A stretch of 63,865 bases of DNA, filler included, from Reticulomyxa filosa (taxonomy: Eukaryota > Protista > Foraminifera), in assembly GCA_000512085.1 (NCBI GenBank). It is 15 parts of 15 records of this genome, joined end to end, with 100 filler letters (N's around TTAATTAATTAA, not from the genome) between each part and the next. Parts side by side here need not be neighbours in the genome. Positions count along the whole stretch, not along the records: positions 1 to 14,870 come from ASPP01009146.1; 14 more parts are not named here. One strand, 5' to 3'. The notes beneath the pieces are model-generated. The model made no database searches. It saw nothing but the letters and a program-made list of their open reading frames with translations, and had not been told where the DNA came from. Every line of letters starts with the position of its first letter. The stretch's first letter is position 1. The position numbers were made by a program, and so were the translations under genes. Positions 1 through 12,981 of the stretch are shown in pieces.

Positions 1-84
1 AAAAAAAAAAAAAAAAAATAAATTTAAAAAAAAAAAAAAAAAAATGAGCTTTTTTTTTCTCTCCCTCTCTTTCTCTTTGTCCAG

Positions 85-465
85 TTAAAATTGAACCTGG
101 GATTCACTTGCATCTGTGTCATTATCATTGTCACTGTCAGTTGCGTTTGCAACTGGCCTTACATCTTGGTTAAATCTTTGCACTTCTTTTATCATCGTTT
201 CCTCCACTACCACAGCGAGCCATTCCCCGTCTTCGTCTGTGTACACTTCCACTATCTTGGCCGGGAACCAGTCGTTTCTCGACTTGGAGTACACTTCCAC
301 CTGCAATGTTGTTGTGCAACAAGCCAAAAACAAAGCTATTCAACTAATCTTTCCAAAAAAAAAAATGGCTGATGAGAGAGCAAAATGGCATGATCACATA
401 ACTTTATCATCAACACCCCAGCTTTTTCGAATTTCCTTTTCTTTTTCAAGTGCTACGTCTGTCAT
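85..465 (-). CDS. Small two-exon Tudor/Agenet-like domain protein (~92 aa)
   Basis: Exon 1 465-403 (MTDVALEKEKEIRKSWGVDDK), phase-0 GT..AG intron 402-301, exon 2 300-85 (VEVYSKSRNDWFPAKIVEVYTDEDGEWLAVVV...QRFNQDVRP). The W..VEVYS..W..A.I pattern is Tudor/Agenet-like. Confidence 0.65.
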
Positions 466-1009
466 CTTGAAGGGTAGTGTAATTGCAAAGAAAATCAAAA
501 ACTGAACCAAGAAAAGGGATTTTTTTCTGTGTAAACAAGTCACTAGCCGTAATCGCTACTGGCTTGCGCTCTGCTGTTTGAATCCAACCTAAAATCTGCA
601 GCAGGAGGGTCGTTTGATCAAAGAACAAACGCTTTTCTGGGCTTGTGTGAAAGTCAAGGCAATCACTTACTTTCACAATCGTTTAGTTTTCCACTCAATT
701 TCACAATTAACAATCAACTGTTTGTTTTTTGGGAAAAAACAATGACAAACCGCCAAAAATGTACGAAAAAAGACGAAGCAACTTTCAAAAAAAATAACGA
801 GCACTTTTTGCATTGATCAATTCAGAAAAACATGCTGCAAAAAAAGCTAGTTAAGTTGATCAGTTTCAAAAGTGTTACAAGAAAGCAAAAAAATGAGTTA
901 CAAAATGAGGAGATAACCCCAGCATTTTTCTTAGGCCCTCTCTCACACTGATACAATCGAAAGAGGGGGGGGGGAGGAAGAAGAATAGATATGCATAATT
1001 GTAATACAG

Positions 1010-1885
1010 TCATATGAAATAATTCCATAGCCACCAATACATTGGAAATAAGGCGATCAAAGCAGTGTACCACAAAACACACCAATGAGGTCTGGGACTC
1101 AAAACCACGTGATAAAAGTGCATCCCTTTTGGTTCCATGATAAACAAGTAAATGCAAACGTATATGATGCCTATGCATAATGCGATCCAGAGATCGAAAT
1201 AAATCAATTTTCGCGATGAAACAATATGATCAAGAGCACTCAAAGGCAGGTTAAGGATATGGATATTTATCATCACAAACGAACGATTAAACTTGAAAAA
1301 GGGAGTAATGGCATGTGGATGAGTCCTTTTCATATGAAACACAAGCAATGGCACCAAAATGAGCCACCAAATGCTAACTGTCATTGAATTGCATAGTAAC
1401 GCCGGGAACCTCAGCAATTCATATCCATAGTATGTGTGATGGACTGTTGGATAGCAGACATATGCGACGCCAAGCAGGTAGCGCAAAGTAAACAATGACC
1501 ATGACATCATTGTAAAACTTGCCATTGGCCATATACCTACATAATGGCAGACAAGTATTATAATAACTATACCATATACTCCGATTGCTGCTCTCCACCA
1601 AATCCCAGAACTTTCCAAAAGGTCAATTCTTGGGTCGACGTTCGACAAAAAATCTTCGTACGCGTGTGAAAATTTGAACAACAAGTAGCCGACCATTACC
1701 GCTAGAAACAAGTACGCCAACGGTGACCAGGGCCCATGGCGAAGAAACTTTGGTACGCTGTCTACTGCAAACAAAAAATGATGCGAATCATCAGCGGCTT
1801 GTTTGTGTATCGTTTTTGCCTGATCAGCGGCCTTCTCAAATTTATCATGTTTTGGAAGATTTTTTCGTTCTTTCAGCTCAGACAT
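1010..1885 (-). CDS. Multi-pass membrane protein, FAR-17a/AIG1/Rolling-stone-like
   Basis: Intronless 291-aa ORF with ~7 hydrophobic segments. SFTMMSW, IHILNLP and FYHVVLSP match the spacing of the AIG1-family Thr, His and Y-x-FL motifs. Confidence 0.55.
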   Translation of the reverse strand: MSELKERKNLPKHDKFEKAADQAKTIHKQAADDSHHFLFAVDSVPKFLRHGPWSPLAYLFLAVMVGYLLFKFSHAYEDFLSNVDPRIDLLESSGIWWRAAIGVYGIVIIILVCHYVGIWPMASFTMMSWSLFTLRYLLGVAYVCYPTVHHTYYGYELLRFPALLCNSMTVSIWWLILVPLLVFHMKRTHPHAITPFFKFNRSFVMINIHILNLPLSALDHIVSSRKLIYFDLWIALCIGIIYVCIYLFIMEPKGMHFYHVVLSPRPHWCVLWYTALIALFPMYWWLWNYFI

Positions 1886-3544
1886 GATACACGAGTGTGA
1901 CTTGGAAGGTTGTATCTTTTTTATTTTAAAATGTCTTTTTGAAACATTTAGTACATTTCATTACATCGTATTTTTGTATTCCGAAAAACGAAAGCTACAA
2001 CAAATTTTCTCTTTAGTAGAAAGGACAACTTAAAATATGTTTTTTTTGCTGTAATATTAATAGCAATATATTTATCGTATTAACGTCGGCAATTGGATAC
2101 TTAGTATATGACTGTTATGACCTCGCGATAATCGATATGCTTTTTAATAAAAAATTATGTTATAAATGTTGTTTTTGAAATTTTTCAATACAGTCAATAA
2201 TACTAACAGATCGGATATTATATATAAATGCTAAGCTTCAAAGAAAGAAAACATAGCAATCCTTCGCCATTTGAACAGATAAATTAAATAAATTTTAATA
2301 AATTATGTAATAATTGAATTAAATTTTTTACATTTTGTTGATAACAAACAATCTAGATTTATCAAGGTGTTGAAAATAGAATATTATACTAGTAAACGAA
2401 GATATTGAACGATATAAGTAATAGCATATTGTAAGACGAATAATAGATTTTTTGTTTTATCTATCGCAAATTATTTAATTATTTTTTTAGACTTTATGAT
2501 ATAAGATTGTGTGACATACTTTACAGTTTGTTTTTTTTTACGATTGTCAATGCAAAAGTAAAACTATTGGTATATTACGTCCTTTGATAATAATTATTCA
2601 AAAAAGTTAAATTTTCATCATAATAACATTTTTTACATGTTCAAAAAACAAAATTCTTATGGAGTAATTTCAATTATACAAATTATAAAGTTATTACAGT
2701 AGTTATACGTACAACTTTAAGATTGTTGCTAGTACAAAAAAAGTACTTAGTAGTCAAAAGCAAGTGGATAGATAAAATTGTACGTTGTTATAAACGATCT
2801 TTGTTTATAGCCATACAAGTCATGATCAACGAGCCATTTGTTATCCAACAATGAACGAGCTCATGACATTTTGAGCTTTATAATCATTTTCTTGTTTTCT
2901 TATATTGTGCTTTTGGAACAATTTACCACCAAAATAAACTCTCGTTTTACTAGTTACAACCTCTATGCCAAAATAATGATCGAATGATTGAATAATAACT
3001 TTCGAATAAAATTTTATATCTTTGTTGATTATATTTCAATTTGCTATTTCTTGAAATAAATGTAGAAATGCTTTGACGATAACTAGTTGTCTTTTTATTC
3101 AAGTAGTAAGCATAAAATTTTTACTAGAAAACAGTAAAAAGTCTTGCTTTTTGTGTGCACAAAAGAAAAATCGAGTAGAGTCGTACATAAGGAATACATT
3201 GTTCAAGTCATGAAATCTTGATCAACTTCCACTAATATTCCAATACAAATTAGCAACAAACCATTTACTATCAAACAAGTACGTTGCTGATATTTAAGAT
3301 TTGTTTTACTTATGTCATTTTTAGCTCAAAAAAGTCGTCAATTACTAATTTGACCATTTTTTGCTAAAGGTTTCTTTGACAAAATTGGTAGAAATGACAC
3401 AGGAGTTGAAAAAACTTCATACAATAATTTTAGAATGTAACAACGAAAACGGTCCACAATTAGTTAAGAAAAACTTTAATATACGGTTATGAAAAAGGAC
3501 AGCAGCTATTTGCAATACCATAGACCGATTGCCAAAGCAATGAA

Positions 3545-6500
3545 ATGGATAAAAAAGCAGAAGCGGAGAAAGAAGAAACAGATGCACAACAAAAACAATC
3601 AAACAACACAGTAACTGATTGGGAAAGACTTGTTTTTGCATCGCAGACACAGCATAATGTTTGTATTAACCTCTGCAAATTTCACTTTTTTTTGCTATTC
3701 TCAAATCCATACAAGGAAAAACTGCCATTTTTTTCTCTTCAATGTGGGGGAAAAAAGGAAAATCATCGATTATCTCAAGCTATCAGCAATTTGAGAATAA
3801 GTACAGAAGAAGAAAAACGGCTTCTTCAAAAAAAATATGGAATTATTGTCACAATTTGCAAAAGAGATGGAAAAAGCACGTGAGTTGCTTCAATACCCAC
3901 GGTGTGACGAGCTGTGCAATGCTGAAAGCGCTTCTGCCACCAGTGAAACGGTATCACAACAATTGCACCAAAAATTGGGTGAACTACCGACAGCAACGTC
4001 AGAAAAAAAAGAGCTGGAAGAGCATTTGCAAACAGTTTAAAATATTTCGTTTTTGTATATATTGGTATGATCTAATGATTTGTGAAACACGGCTTGCTGC
4101 TAAATGTCAACTCATAGGCAAAAGAATATTTATCAGTTCAGTGCGAACTTCGACACACAAAACCCCCTTTATGTCTACAAACAAAACAACAAAAGACTAT
4201 CGAACAAGAAAATAAATTGTTAAAATTAAGCAAGTATGAAATGCAAAAGCAATATCAATTGGATAGTGAAGCAATGTTAGAGCAAATACGAGAATTGAAA
4301 GATATGCTTGGAACTGTTCACACAAAAGTACAAGAAAAAGATCATATTATCGACCAATTGAGTAACGATAACCACGAGCTAACCCAATATTGCCAACAGT
4401 TGCAAAATGGTGTTTATACAAACTGCGATGTCACCCGAAATGTAATGATTCCTTCTTTTAATAACAACTAAAAGATATTTGTCTAAACGTAGTGGATTGT
4501 TTTGTTCACACAGCAAAAACTACAAGTAGATGAAACCATCAAAATTGAACAACAGAAATTACCTATTCCCAATGCAAATGGAAAATATGAAATTGAATTA
4601 GCTCAACCAGAACTACGACCAAAACTAGAGTCTCCAAGTTTGGAGTCCAAAAGTTTGCAAGGCTCTTCTTCTAATTTGCATTTTAAGTTACTGACTGAGT
4701 TAAGTTATAGTTACACTTTTTGTTTATTTTTGTAATTTACACTGGAGTCCTCTTAAAAGATATCAAATGAAAAAATACGTGAATTGGTAACAGTGAAAAT
4801 AAAAACTATAAAAAAGCGTTGAAAGTCAAAGAGCAAAAAATAACCCGCTTAGAAGCAGATCTGGGAATTTTGAACAAAAGCCTAGCGGATACTCACGAGG
4901 CGTTGGCAAGGGTCAAATATCAACTCAGCCTTTCAGAAGAAAATAATAAAAGCATACAGCACAAACTAGACTTGCAAACCAATCAATTGCGAGTGTTTGA
5001 AAAAAATAAACAACGTTGCAACATGAAATTCAAAAAGAAAGAGCTGAACTTACTGAAATTATTCAAAATTTGAACAAGTTTATTTAAAAGACAGAGTGTC
5101 ACTTGCTCTTTTTTCACTTATTTATTCGTTTTTTTTTAATCCAAATTAACGTATAAAAAATAACCATGATCTGAACAAAAAAAAATAAAAAATAGACAAT
5201 TGAATGAAACAACAAAAGAGTGCATTATGTTAAAAGAACATACAAAGAAAGTATTATTGTTTTCTTTCCTTTTCTTTTTGATTCTTGTAAAGCAATCGAT
5301 TACAATAGAAAACAAAAATTAAATAAATATCAGGCTCATTTGAATAGCAAACGATGGAAAATGCAAGCCCAAAACATCAAATTGCAAAATGAACAACAAA
5401 TGCAACAATTAACTGTAACGAAAAATGAACTGTACTCGGTTCAAAGAAAGCTAAAGTTGAGCAGTCCTTTCTTTTCAACAAACACTATGGTCTTGATATA
5501 CCAGAAAACAGAGCCATTTCTATGTTGAAAAAAAAAAAAAGAGAGCAAGCAAAAATGGAGCAAGAATTAACTGAAATACAGCAAAAAGAAAAAGATGTTG
5601 AGTGATAACTTTTCTTTTTTAAAGCCAGATTTAGTCTCACGTTTAAAATACTGTCTTAAACAGCTTGTGAAAAGATTGTTAGGATTGAAGTCACAAAATG
5701 AACGATTGAGCCAGTACATGCAAAACTCGGTCTTACAAATTGATAAATCCAACGTAAGAGTGCATGTACTAGAGGAAGAAAACAAACAACTTCAAGTGAA
5801 ATTAAACGAAAAAAAATCAAACTCTCTAGAAGAGTTGGATGAATGTCAGGATTACAATACCATTGAAAAGTTACAATATGTACATTATTCATACATTTTT
5901 ATGTATACGTATAAAACATTGATTTGTTTATTGGTGTCGTATGGAACAATAAAACACAATAAATGATAATCTAGACTTTATTCATCATTGCAACAGAATC
6001 ACAAGTTCCTCATTATGACTCTCAAAAAGGTACATTAACGAAATCTTTTCCAATTGCACTCTTTTTTTTTTTTTTTTTTTGCGTAACTTTTTCAATAATA
6101 ACCCGTTTGAATGTGTTCGGATTAATATTATAATCTAATTAAACCGCAACTTGGTGGTGGTAGTTCATGAGCGAAAATGATGAAATGTTTCTTGTATGGG
6201 ACAAAGTCAAGCAAAAGGTACAATTTTTTGAGGAAAGGTCCATTTCTTGTTTCTTTTTTTTTTTTTAATGATCTCTTTTGCATTTCTGACAAAAACAGGC
6301 AGAAGCTGTGAATGGAGACTGGGATATGGACAAAAGATTCATCAGCGAAATCGCGTTCCAAAAGCAAGAGGATATCAAAGTGATTAATTTGTCTAGCAAC
6401 TTTGTTTTGAGTGTCAAACCATGCAATTCGCCCAAACAAATCCAAAAAAAAAAAAGAAAACAAAATAATAATGACAAATAAATAAAACGAAATAGAAAAT

Positions 6501-7813
6501 GCATTGCACTTTGGACCGATTGGTTGACGATGAGCTATTTGAACATGACCCACAATAGTTTAGTATTCGTTTCCGAACAACTACCTCCAAAGTGGATATT
6601 AAAGTTGATGTGATCTACTATTACTTATGTGTTGCAACAGCAAAAAAGAGTTTTCAGAAGTTTGGCAGAGCAAAAGCAAGAGATTGTCTATGACAGGAAA
6701 AGTAAGTACACAAGCTCCATATTTTTTATGCTCTATCAGCCAAAAAAAATTATACTTTAGAGCCAAACAAAACAAAAAAAAAAAAAAAGAAAAACAGTGA
6801 ATGGAAAAATGAACTAGAGAAATTGCAAAAAAGAGGCAAGCAGTGTCGCTCTTTTTTTAATGAGTCGTATGAAGTAATTGCACATGCAATGAGCGTATAC
6901 TCGGAAACTTTTGGGGTATGCACAGAGGGATAACTGCATGTGAGAAAAAAAGAAAGCGTTTGAAGAGTAATAGTCTGATTGTTGGACAAAAAAAATAAAC
7001 ATATACACATATATATATATAGCAATTGAATCAATTCGCAATTCAAAAACTGCAGTTACGATCGATACAGTACATATAACTAAAATCGTAACAATGACAA
7101 AAAAAGGTTATTTTGTGATTGACACATAAAGGAAGCATGCATCGGAGGAACTCAATGTTGCAGAACGGATCCACGAAAATGTCCAAGATCTGCACAAACA
7201 AAAGAACTCAATCGAAAAAGCGCTGATAGAACATGAAAAGCAATTTGAAGAGGCATTTTCGATCATCGAAAGTGTATTTTCTCATCAACGCAAACACTCA
7301 ATGACCGCTTCACTTGTGCAAGTCGACTCCGAAAAACATGCAAAAAAAGAAGTTTCTCGAAAGCTTTCCATGGAAAACAACGACCTAACAAGAACAAGAG
7401 TGGAAGAATATGTAGATCGATTAACGAACTCATCACCTACGACAATAATTACAACAAAAAGTCGTGATGAGGTAATGACCACGCTACTACCACGTATCGA
7501 GGGCAATGAAAATGGACATAATTCTGCTATTGCTATCGAAAATATGAAGGAAAAAGTTAATGAGTTTATAAGAAACGGTGGCTTTTCAAAATTGCGAAGG
7601 CTAGAAAATGAATTTATTTATGAGCCTTTGTATACACGCGAAAATCGTTACCGATTCGGCACTGTGTATATAAATATCATACTTTGTGACGACAAGTTGT
7701 TTGTTGAATATGAACCAAACTCTCGTTTATCTTTGCAAGAATTTGTCGACAAGTATGGCCCGAAGGAGATAAAAAAACTTTCATTAAAAGATCCCTCTCA
7801 GTTTCAAATATGA
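3545..7813 (+). CDS. Large multi-exon coiled-coil protein with probable C-terminal GAR (Gas2-related) domain; may be more than one gene
   Basis: Successive E/K/Q/L-rich exons (3837, 4217, 4819, 5595, 7301 ORFs) separated by short AT-rich GT..AG introns. The last exon has NRYRFGTVYINIILCDDKLFVEY...LSLQEFVDKYGPKE, resembling GAR (KYRFG...VRVGGGW..L.E.L.KHDP). Confidence 0.55.
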
Positions 7814-8242
7814 ACAAAATTGACGTGACGAACTGTTGGTTTTTGTTTTAACTTTTGTCTTGTAACAAAAATGCATGTTTAAATTCATTTAAGAAAAACT
7901 AAAAAATGCAATGTTTCTTCAAGAACCCATCGCAGTAGCGATTATTTCTTTAATGCAATCGATCAAAGTTTGCCGTTAAAATAATACTTTTAAAACGCCT
8001 TTGTCTAAAAGTAAGCAAAGCAGCAACATAAAATACCTCACGAAATGGTATCTAAGTCAATGCTTTCGAAAAAAAATAGATAAGACTCAAAAATGAAGGA
8101 GTATAAAGTAGCCAGAACAGAAAGGGTTTTGTTTTGTTTGAATTGACAAAAACTCCAATAAAAAACAAAAACAAAAGCAAAAACAAAAAAACAAAAAAAT
8201 CGAGTTTGTCAAGATGTGAAGAAAACAATGAGAGTATGCAAA

Positions 8243-9338
8243 CTATTCCTTTCGCAGAAAAAAAAGATATAGAAGAGTAATGATGACGGATTCACTGACT
8301 CGATACCAAAACAAGTTGATCCATAAGACTTTTTTGTCAAGCCACAAATTGATGGCGAAAGTGAATAGCAATATGACAATAAATAACACAATATTTAGAA
8401 TTCTGTCATTTCCGTTGGAAGAGGTGATCCAAACCAAAGTTGGAGGAATGGATGCCAACACAAAGAAGACAACGGCAACTTGCAAAGAATAATCATTCCA
8501 AACATTGCCAGTGATTTTCATTTCAACAGAAGAGCATAAAATGTAAGCTAAAAAAAAACAAACAAGAGCACTTTGAGTGATGACCCCAGACCGACTCACA
8601 TAAGAGCAGGCCGTTACGACCACTACCGCCACAACAAACCACGCTATTACCGCCATTTGGGCTATCGGCCATTTCGTCAAGTTTTCGTGGCCCATTGCCC
8701 AGTACATCATTCCAAACGTCAATGCATATAGCAAGCAAATGCACAACATCACCACTTGCTTATACAGGCAAAGTATGTATACAAACAGTGTAACAAAGTC
8801 GTTGTTTTTTTAAAAAATAAAAATAAATAAACAAAAGTCAACCCAAATTCTTTTTTTTTTTTTTTTTTTTTAACAATACAAAGACCTAACTTTACGAGGT
8901 AAAATATCGCAACATCCTTCACTCTCATCACTTTCCTTTGTATGGACGCATTTCATCCATTCCACTATTTTCTCTCCAAGATATATTGCTATGGCTAACA
9001 ATTGAATGGCTTCTACCACAATGTACAATGCTCCTGCTGTTTCCGTCACATCGCGGTACATTCTGATCGCTGATGATGGTATTTGTCCATACACATATGA
9101 ACTCAGTCCGAACCATATTGTGTCATATAGTACCGGCACTTTTTTTTGTGCTTCATGCAACCCCGGGAGGATTGGACAGATCACATATACCGCAAGCAGC
9201 AACGAAATTTTCAAAAAAAAGTCTTTCGAGGGATGAAAGAAGGTCGCACAATACAATAATATGCCAATAATTGGACAGATCCATATTGATTTGATGCCAA
9301 AAAACATTGTAACAATGACTATGCCAATGAATTCGCAA
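8243..9338 (-). CDS. Divergent Serinc/TMS1-like multi-pass membrane protein (spliced; start uncertain)
   Basis: Two hydrophobic ORF pieces separated by a T-rich intron. AGALYIVVEAIQLL...VEW and SRSGVITQSALVCFFLAY resemble Serinc GA.LFILIQL and PRSGLLQAS..Y. Confidence 0.45.
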
Positions 9339-10234
9339 AATCTTTCTCAGAAAAAATTTTTAAATTTTACGAGCACCCTTCTCTAACCAGTTTTGGTACG
9401 TCTTACAGCGTCGGTTCAATAGAAGTTAATAACAAATTAGATCTTGAACAGAATCGTCAATTGTGATCACTTTCAAACCAGTAAAACAATGTTTTGCTAA
9501 TATTGTACAAAATTAATGCTTTCATTATTTTTTAACTTTTTGTAAGCCAAATCAATGCTTTCTTTCTGTTAATAAAGGTTATTGATTTTTGATAATACAC
9601 TAAATTTAAATGATTTCAAATAATCATAATCAATATTATGAAAAGATTAACAAATGTTTAGAATAAAAAATACGTCAAATAAAATGATGTTGTGATATCC
9701 ATAATAATTATGTGTGATGAAAGTGCAATAAAATACTAAAATTGAATTTACAACTATCGCCACTAGTTTGTATAATAAACATATATAATTTTCCAATTTA
9801 CTGTTTTATGATTTTGTGCACATATCGTAGATTAGCGACAGTGTAGTGCCGCATACTAATAATGGTAACACGTAACACCTTTTTAACTTGTTATGGTTTT
9901 GAAACAATTTGCATATCATTGTGTACAATTTAGTGCAAAACGTAAATTTTTATAAATGTAATAGATAGTTACTTTCACAAAATGTTAGCTTGAAATATTT
10001 AAACAAAAATTTACAAAAATTATTATATAGCTAAAAAAGTGCGATTTTGCGTACATATACATATTGCTGTACATGAAAAAGTTTGTCCGTGATAAAAGCA
10101 AAAAATTCCGACAAATTTATTTAATTCAAACCAAAAAAGTTGAGACAAAATTAGTTGATTATTACTTTTAAATAACTAGTACTTTGATGTCATATGGCCG
10201 AAATGAAATTTCATTAAACTGTCTCGATTTTTCC

Positions 10235-10930
10235 ATGGCTTCAGGTATGTGTGCTTAAATAATTCGTGAATAATAACAGTTCAAAGTTAAATCACTATAG
10301 TTGTTATTCTGGGAACTGTCAAAGATGGTGTGCTGAAGAATGTTGACACAGTTTTTTGCAAAACGGAAATTATTTCAAACGAAAAATTTTGGATATTAGA
10401 GAATGGAGAAAAGTTTTTTCAAACATTAGCTGCAGTAGGAGAAAAGGTAACAAGCAAATTTTTTTTCTTAAATTTTTACAAGAAAGTTTCAAAAATTACA
10501 GGGCCGTTTCGTTTGGGAGTTTCCTTTTGACGTGGGCTTCAAAACGACAGCCATTCGTGGATGGCCAAAATTGTTTATTGAAGTTTATTTGAAAGACTCT
10601 GCCAACAAAAATTGCCTTTGTTAAGTTCCTTAAAAACTTGACAGTTGAGTACTTGTCAACTTCTTTTTTGTGACAGACGGCTATGGTATAACCCATGTCC
10701 CGACAAGTGCTGGCACTCACACACTGCAAGTTCCAGTGTTTAAACCCCAAACCAGTTTTTGGGACACTGTGCTATCCTACGTTTGGGGACAAAACGTGCA
10801 ATATAAATATCCTAAGGAAGCCATTCTCAGCAATAGACAAACACTTCCTCATAAAATTGTCTCTTGTGGTGTTATCAATATTGAACTCACTGTCTTCAAA
10901 AAATTTTTTCCATCATTTATTCAGTTTTAG
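10235..10930 (+). CDS. B9-domain (B9D1/B9D2-like) ciliary transition-zone protein, multi-exon
   Basis: Spliced pieces: MASVVILGTV..VFCK..WIL..G...QT / GRFVWEFPFDVGFKTTAIRGWPKLFIE / DGYGITHVPTSAGTHTLQVPVFKP. These follow the B9 consensus (W..P.D..F.T....GWP.L; GYG..HVP..PG.H). Confidence 0.85.
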
Positions 10931-11454
10931 TTGTTCTTTACACAATTTTATAATAATCTCAAATACAAAAAAAGATATTTTGTTCAATTTACTAATTTTA
11001 TACCCCTTTGCAAAGGTTTCTCATTAAGTTGCAATTACTTGTTTTTTAAGCTTTTTTACAAATTAATAATTAACTGAGAGTTCATTTAATTAAAAAAATA
11101 AGCTGCAAAGATTGTGAAAAATAAAAATCTTACATTTTTAACGATCTGAAGATTGATAAGATATGAATAATTTGAATTACGACTCGTGCTTCTGAATTTA
11201 CGAGACGCAACACTTTACTTAACCAATATTGTTTAAAATTTTGTTAGTTTTTAAGGTCAAATTAGACATACATTGCAAAAACAATTTGGCTAAATTTGAA
11301 AACGTTTGAAAGTGTTCCATTTCTATCCTGCTGCTTAAGTACTCTAGTAACCCCGGTTTTTTCGTCAGAAACGCCGACGTATCAATACCATTTGAAAGAT
11401 TGACAAAGACATAGTATCTTGAATCTTGATATATTCAGTTTCCATCCTTTTGAA

Positions 11455-12981
11455 ATGCTACAGCAAGAGAAATGGAAGTATAGGGCCTGCCTTTGCGGAG
11501 TGTTTTTAGCCTTAGCATTTTATAGTTGCAACTTGGTGAATTTGATATTTGCCCGACCGATAGGAGAAGTGCGATTAAAATTGAACGCTGAAGACAAGCA
11601 TGACAAAGGAAAAGTAAAAAATGTACAGGGATTTGTATCTGATTTGCAATTATATCCGTTTCCGAATGATTTATTTTTCTCATTGCTGCCAGCACTCCCT
11701 CTGAACGATACACCTGAAATAGAGTTGAGCTCGTTTCATACGTACTACATGATATCTATCCCATTACAAAATCGGTTATATTATTGTCAGTACTTAAAAC
11801 CCCCACACGGCCTTGGAAACATCTTAAATCAATATTGGCTGGCACGGAGCTATGCGTTTTATAACAATCAAGAATTTGTAATGGTTGGATGCGGCCAAAA
11901 TGGAGTGAGTGAAGAAGAAGAGCGACAGCTGTTTTCATTGCCATGCCGTTGTGACATTTATAATGCAAGCCACAATTTTGTGGGACATTTGCCGCACTTT
12001 TCCAATGCGACAATCCGACAGTTGGTAAGACAGAGATTTGGAGCCGAAAGTAGCACACTCGAAACTTTTGAAAAATTTTTCAAGCAATTTTTGGAGGTAC
12101 ATTTGATGATCGATCTTAATGTCCATGCCAAGGTGTACCCCACAAGCTACTTTTTTGTAAACAATCCTTCCCCTCTCTTATTTTCTTACATGAATTATCT
12201 CTTCCAATCCTTATTCGTTATCCCAGAGTCTTTGCAAGGGTTGGATACGTTTTTTGGGACCAACGTATACCGCAACGATCCCTCTCTTGTAACGCAGAAA
12301 AATTTGCAAGGCGAGTACATGGCAATTCACTTCCGTTGTGGGGATGTGTTTGGTAGAGGCGTGTCTTCCGCCTATGGTTTTTTAGGGATGTCTTTTTATC
12401 GACAAATTTTCCAATATTGGGATAAAGTACTTGGCAAGTTCAAAAAAAATTTGAAGCACATCTTTATTGTCACGCAGTTGGATCGCTCACTTATGAACTC
12501 TTGGCATGCCGTCCATGCACAAAAGTGTACGTTTATGGTGCAGAAATTTGTGGAGGCTATTCGTACCAATGTGTTGGAGCCAATGTTTGGGACCAATGGC
12601 CGATCCCCACAAATTCATGTCATTGGAAACGGGACGATCAATGGAGACTATTGGGTATTGAGTCATGCTAAATATCTTATTTGTGGCATTTCTTCGTTTT
12701 GTGTCCATGGAGCTTTAATGAACCCTTATGGACGTTGCGCACTTGCAGTCAATACTTTGGACGCCTTGCTCCAATACAACATCCCTTTACGCAATATCCA
12801 ACAGTTTTGGTCCGGGAAGTTTCGCATGGCCAGTGGTAATGGTCGCTGGATTAGTGATCGCTTTGCTCTTGTTGAGCACACGACGTATGACAAGCAAATG
12901 AGTCGTTTGATCACTGGCTCTGTTTTGCGCGAAAAAAACTATACCATTGACGCTATCGTGGAATTCATGCTCGAAAATTGA
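11455..12981 (+). CDS. Type II membrane fucosyltransferase-like glycosyltransferase (GT11/GT23-type motifs)
   Basis: N-terminal TM, GLGNILNQY, AIHFRCGD (motif I, H-x-R-x-GD) and DYWVLSHAKYLICGISSF (motif III). Intronless; first ATG at 11455. Confidence 0.7.
   Translation: MLQQEKWKYRACLCGVFLALAFYSCNLVNLIFARPIGEVRLKLNAEDKHDKGKVKNVQGFVSDLQLYPFPNDLFFSLLPALPLNDTPEIELSSFHTYYMISIPLQNRLYYCQYLKPPHGLGNILNQYWLARSYAFYNNQEFVMVGCGQNGVSEEEERQLFSLPCRCDIYNASHNFVGHLPHFSNATIRQLVRQRFGAESSTLETFEKFFKQFLEVHLMIDLNVHAKVYPTSYFFVNNPSPLLFSYMNYLFQSLFVIPESLQGLDTFFGTNVYRNDPSLVTQKNLQGEYMAIHFRCGDVFGRGVSSAYGFLGMSFYRQIFQYWDKVLGKFKKNLKHIFIVTQLDRSLMNSWHAVHAQKCTFMVQKFVEAIRTNVLEPMFGTNGRSPQIHVIGNGTINGDYWVLSHAKYLICGISSFCVHGALMNPYGRCALAVNTLDALLQYNIPLRNIQQFWSGKFRMASGNGRWISDRFALVEHTTYDKQMSRLITGSVLREKNYTIDAIVEFMLEN

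Noticed and set aside
3545-7813. Alternative genetic code or stop read-through to explain fragmented ORFs
   Set aside because: Breaks coincide with GT..AG AT-rich introns, and long intronless ORFs translate normally with the standard code.
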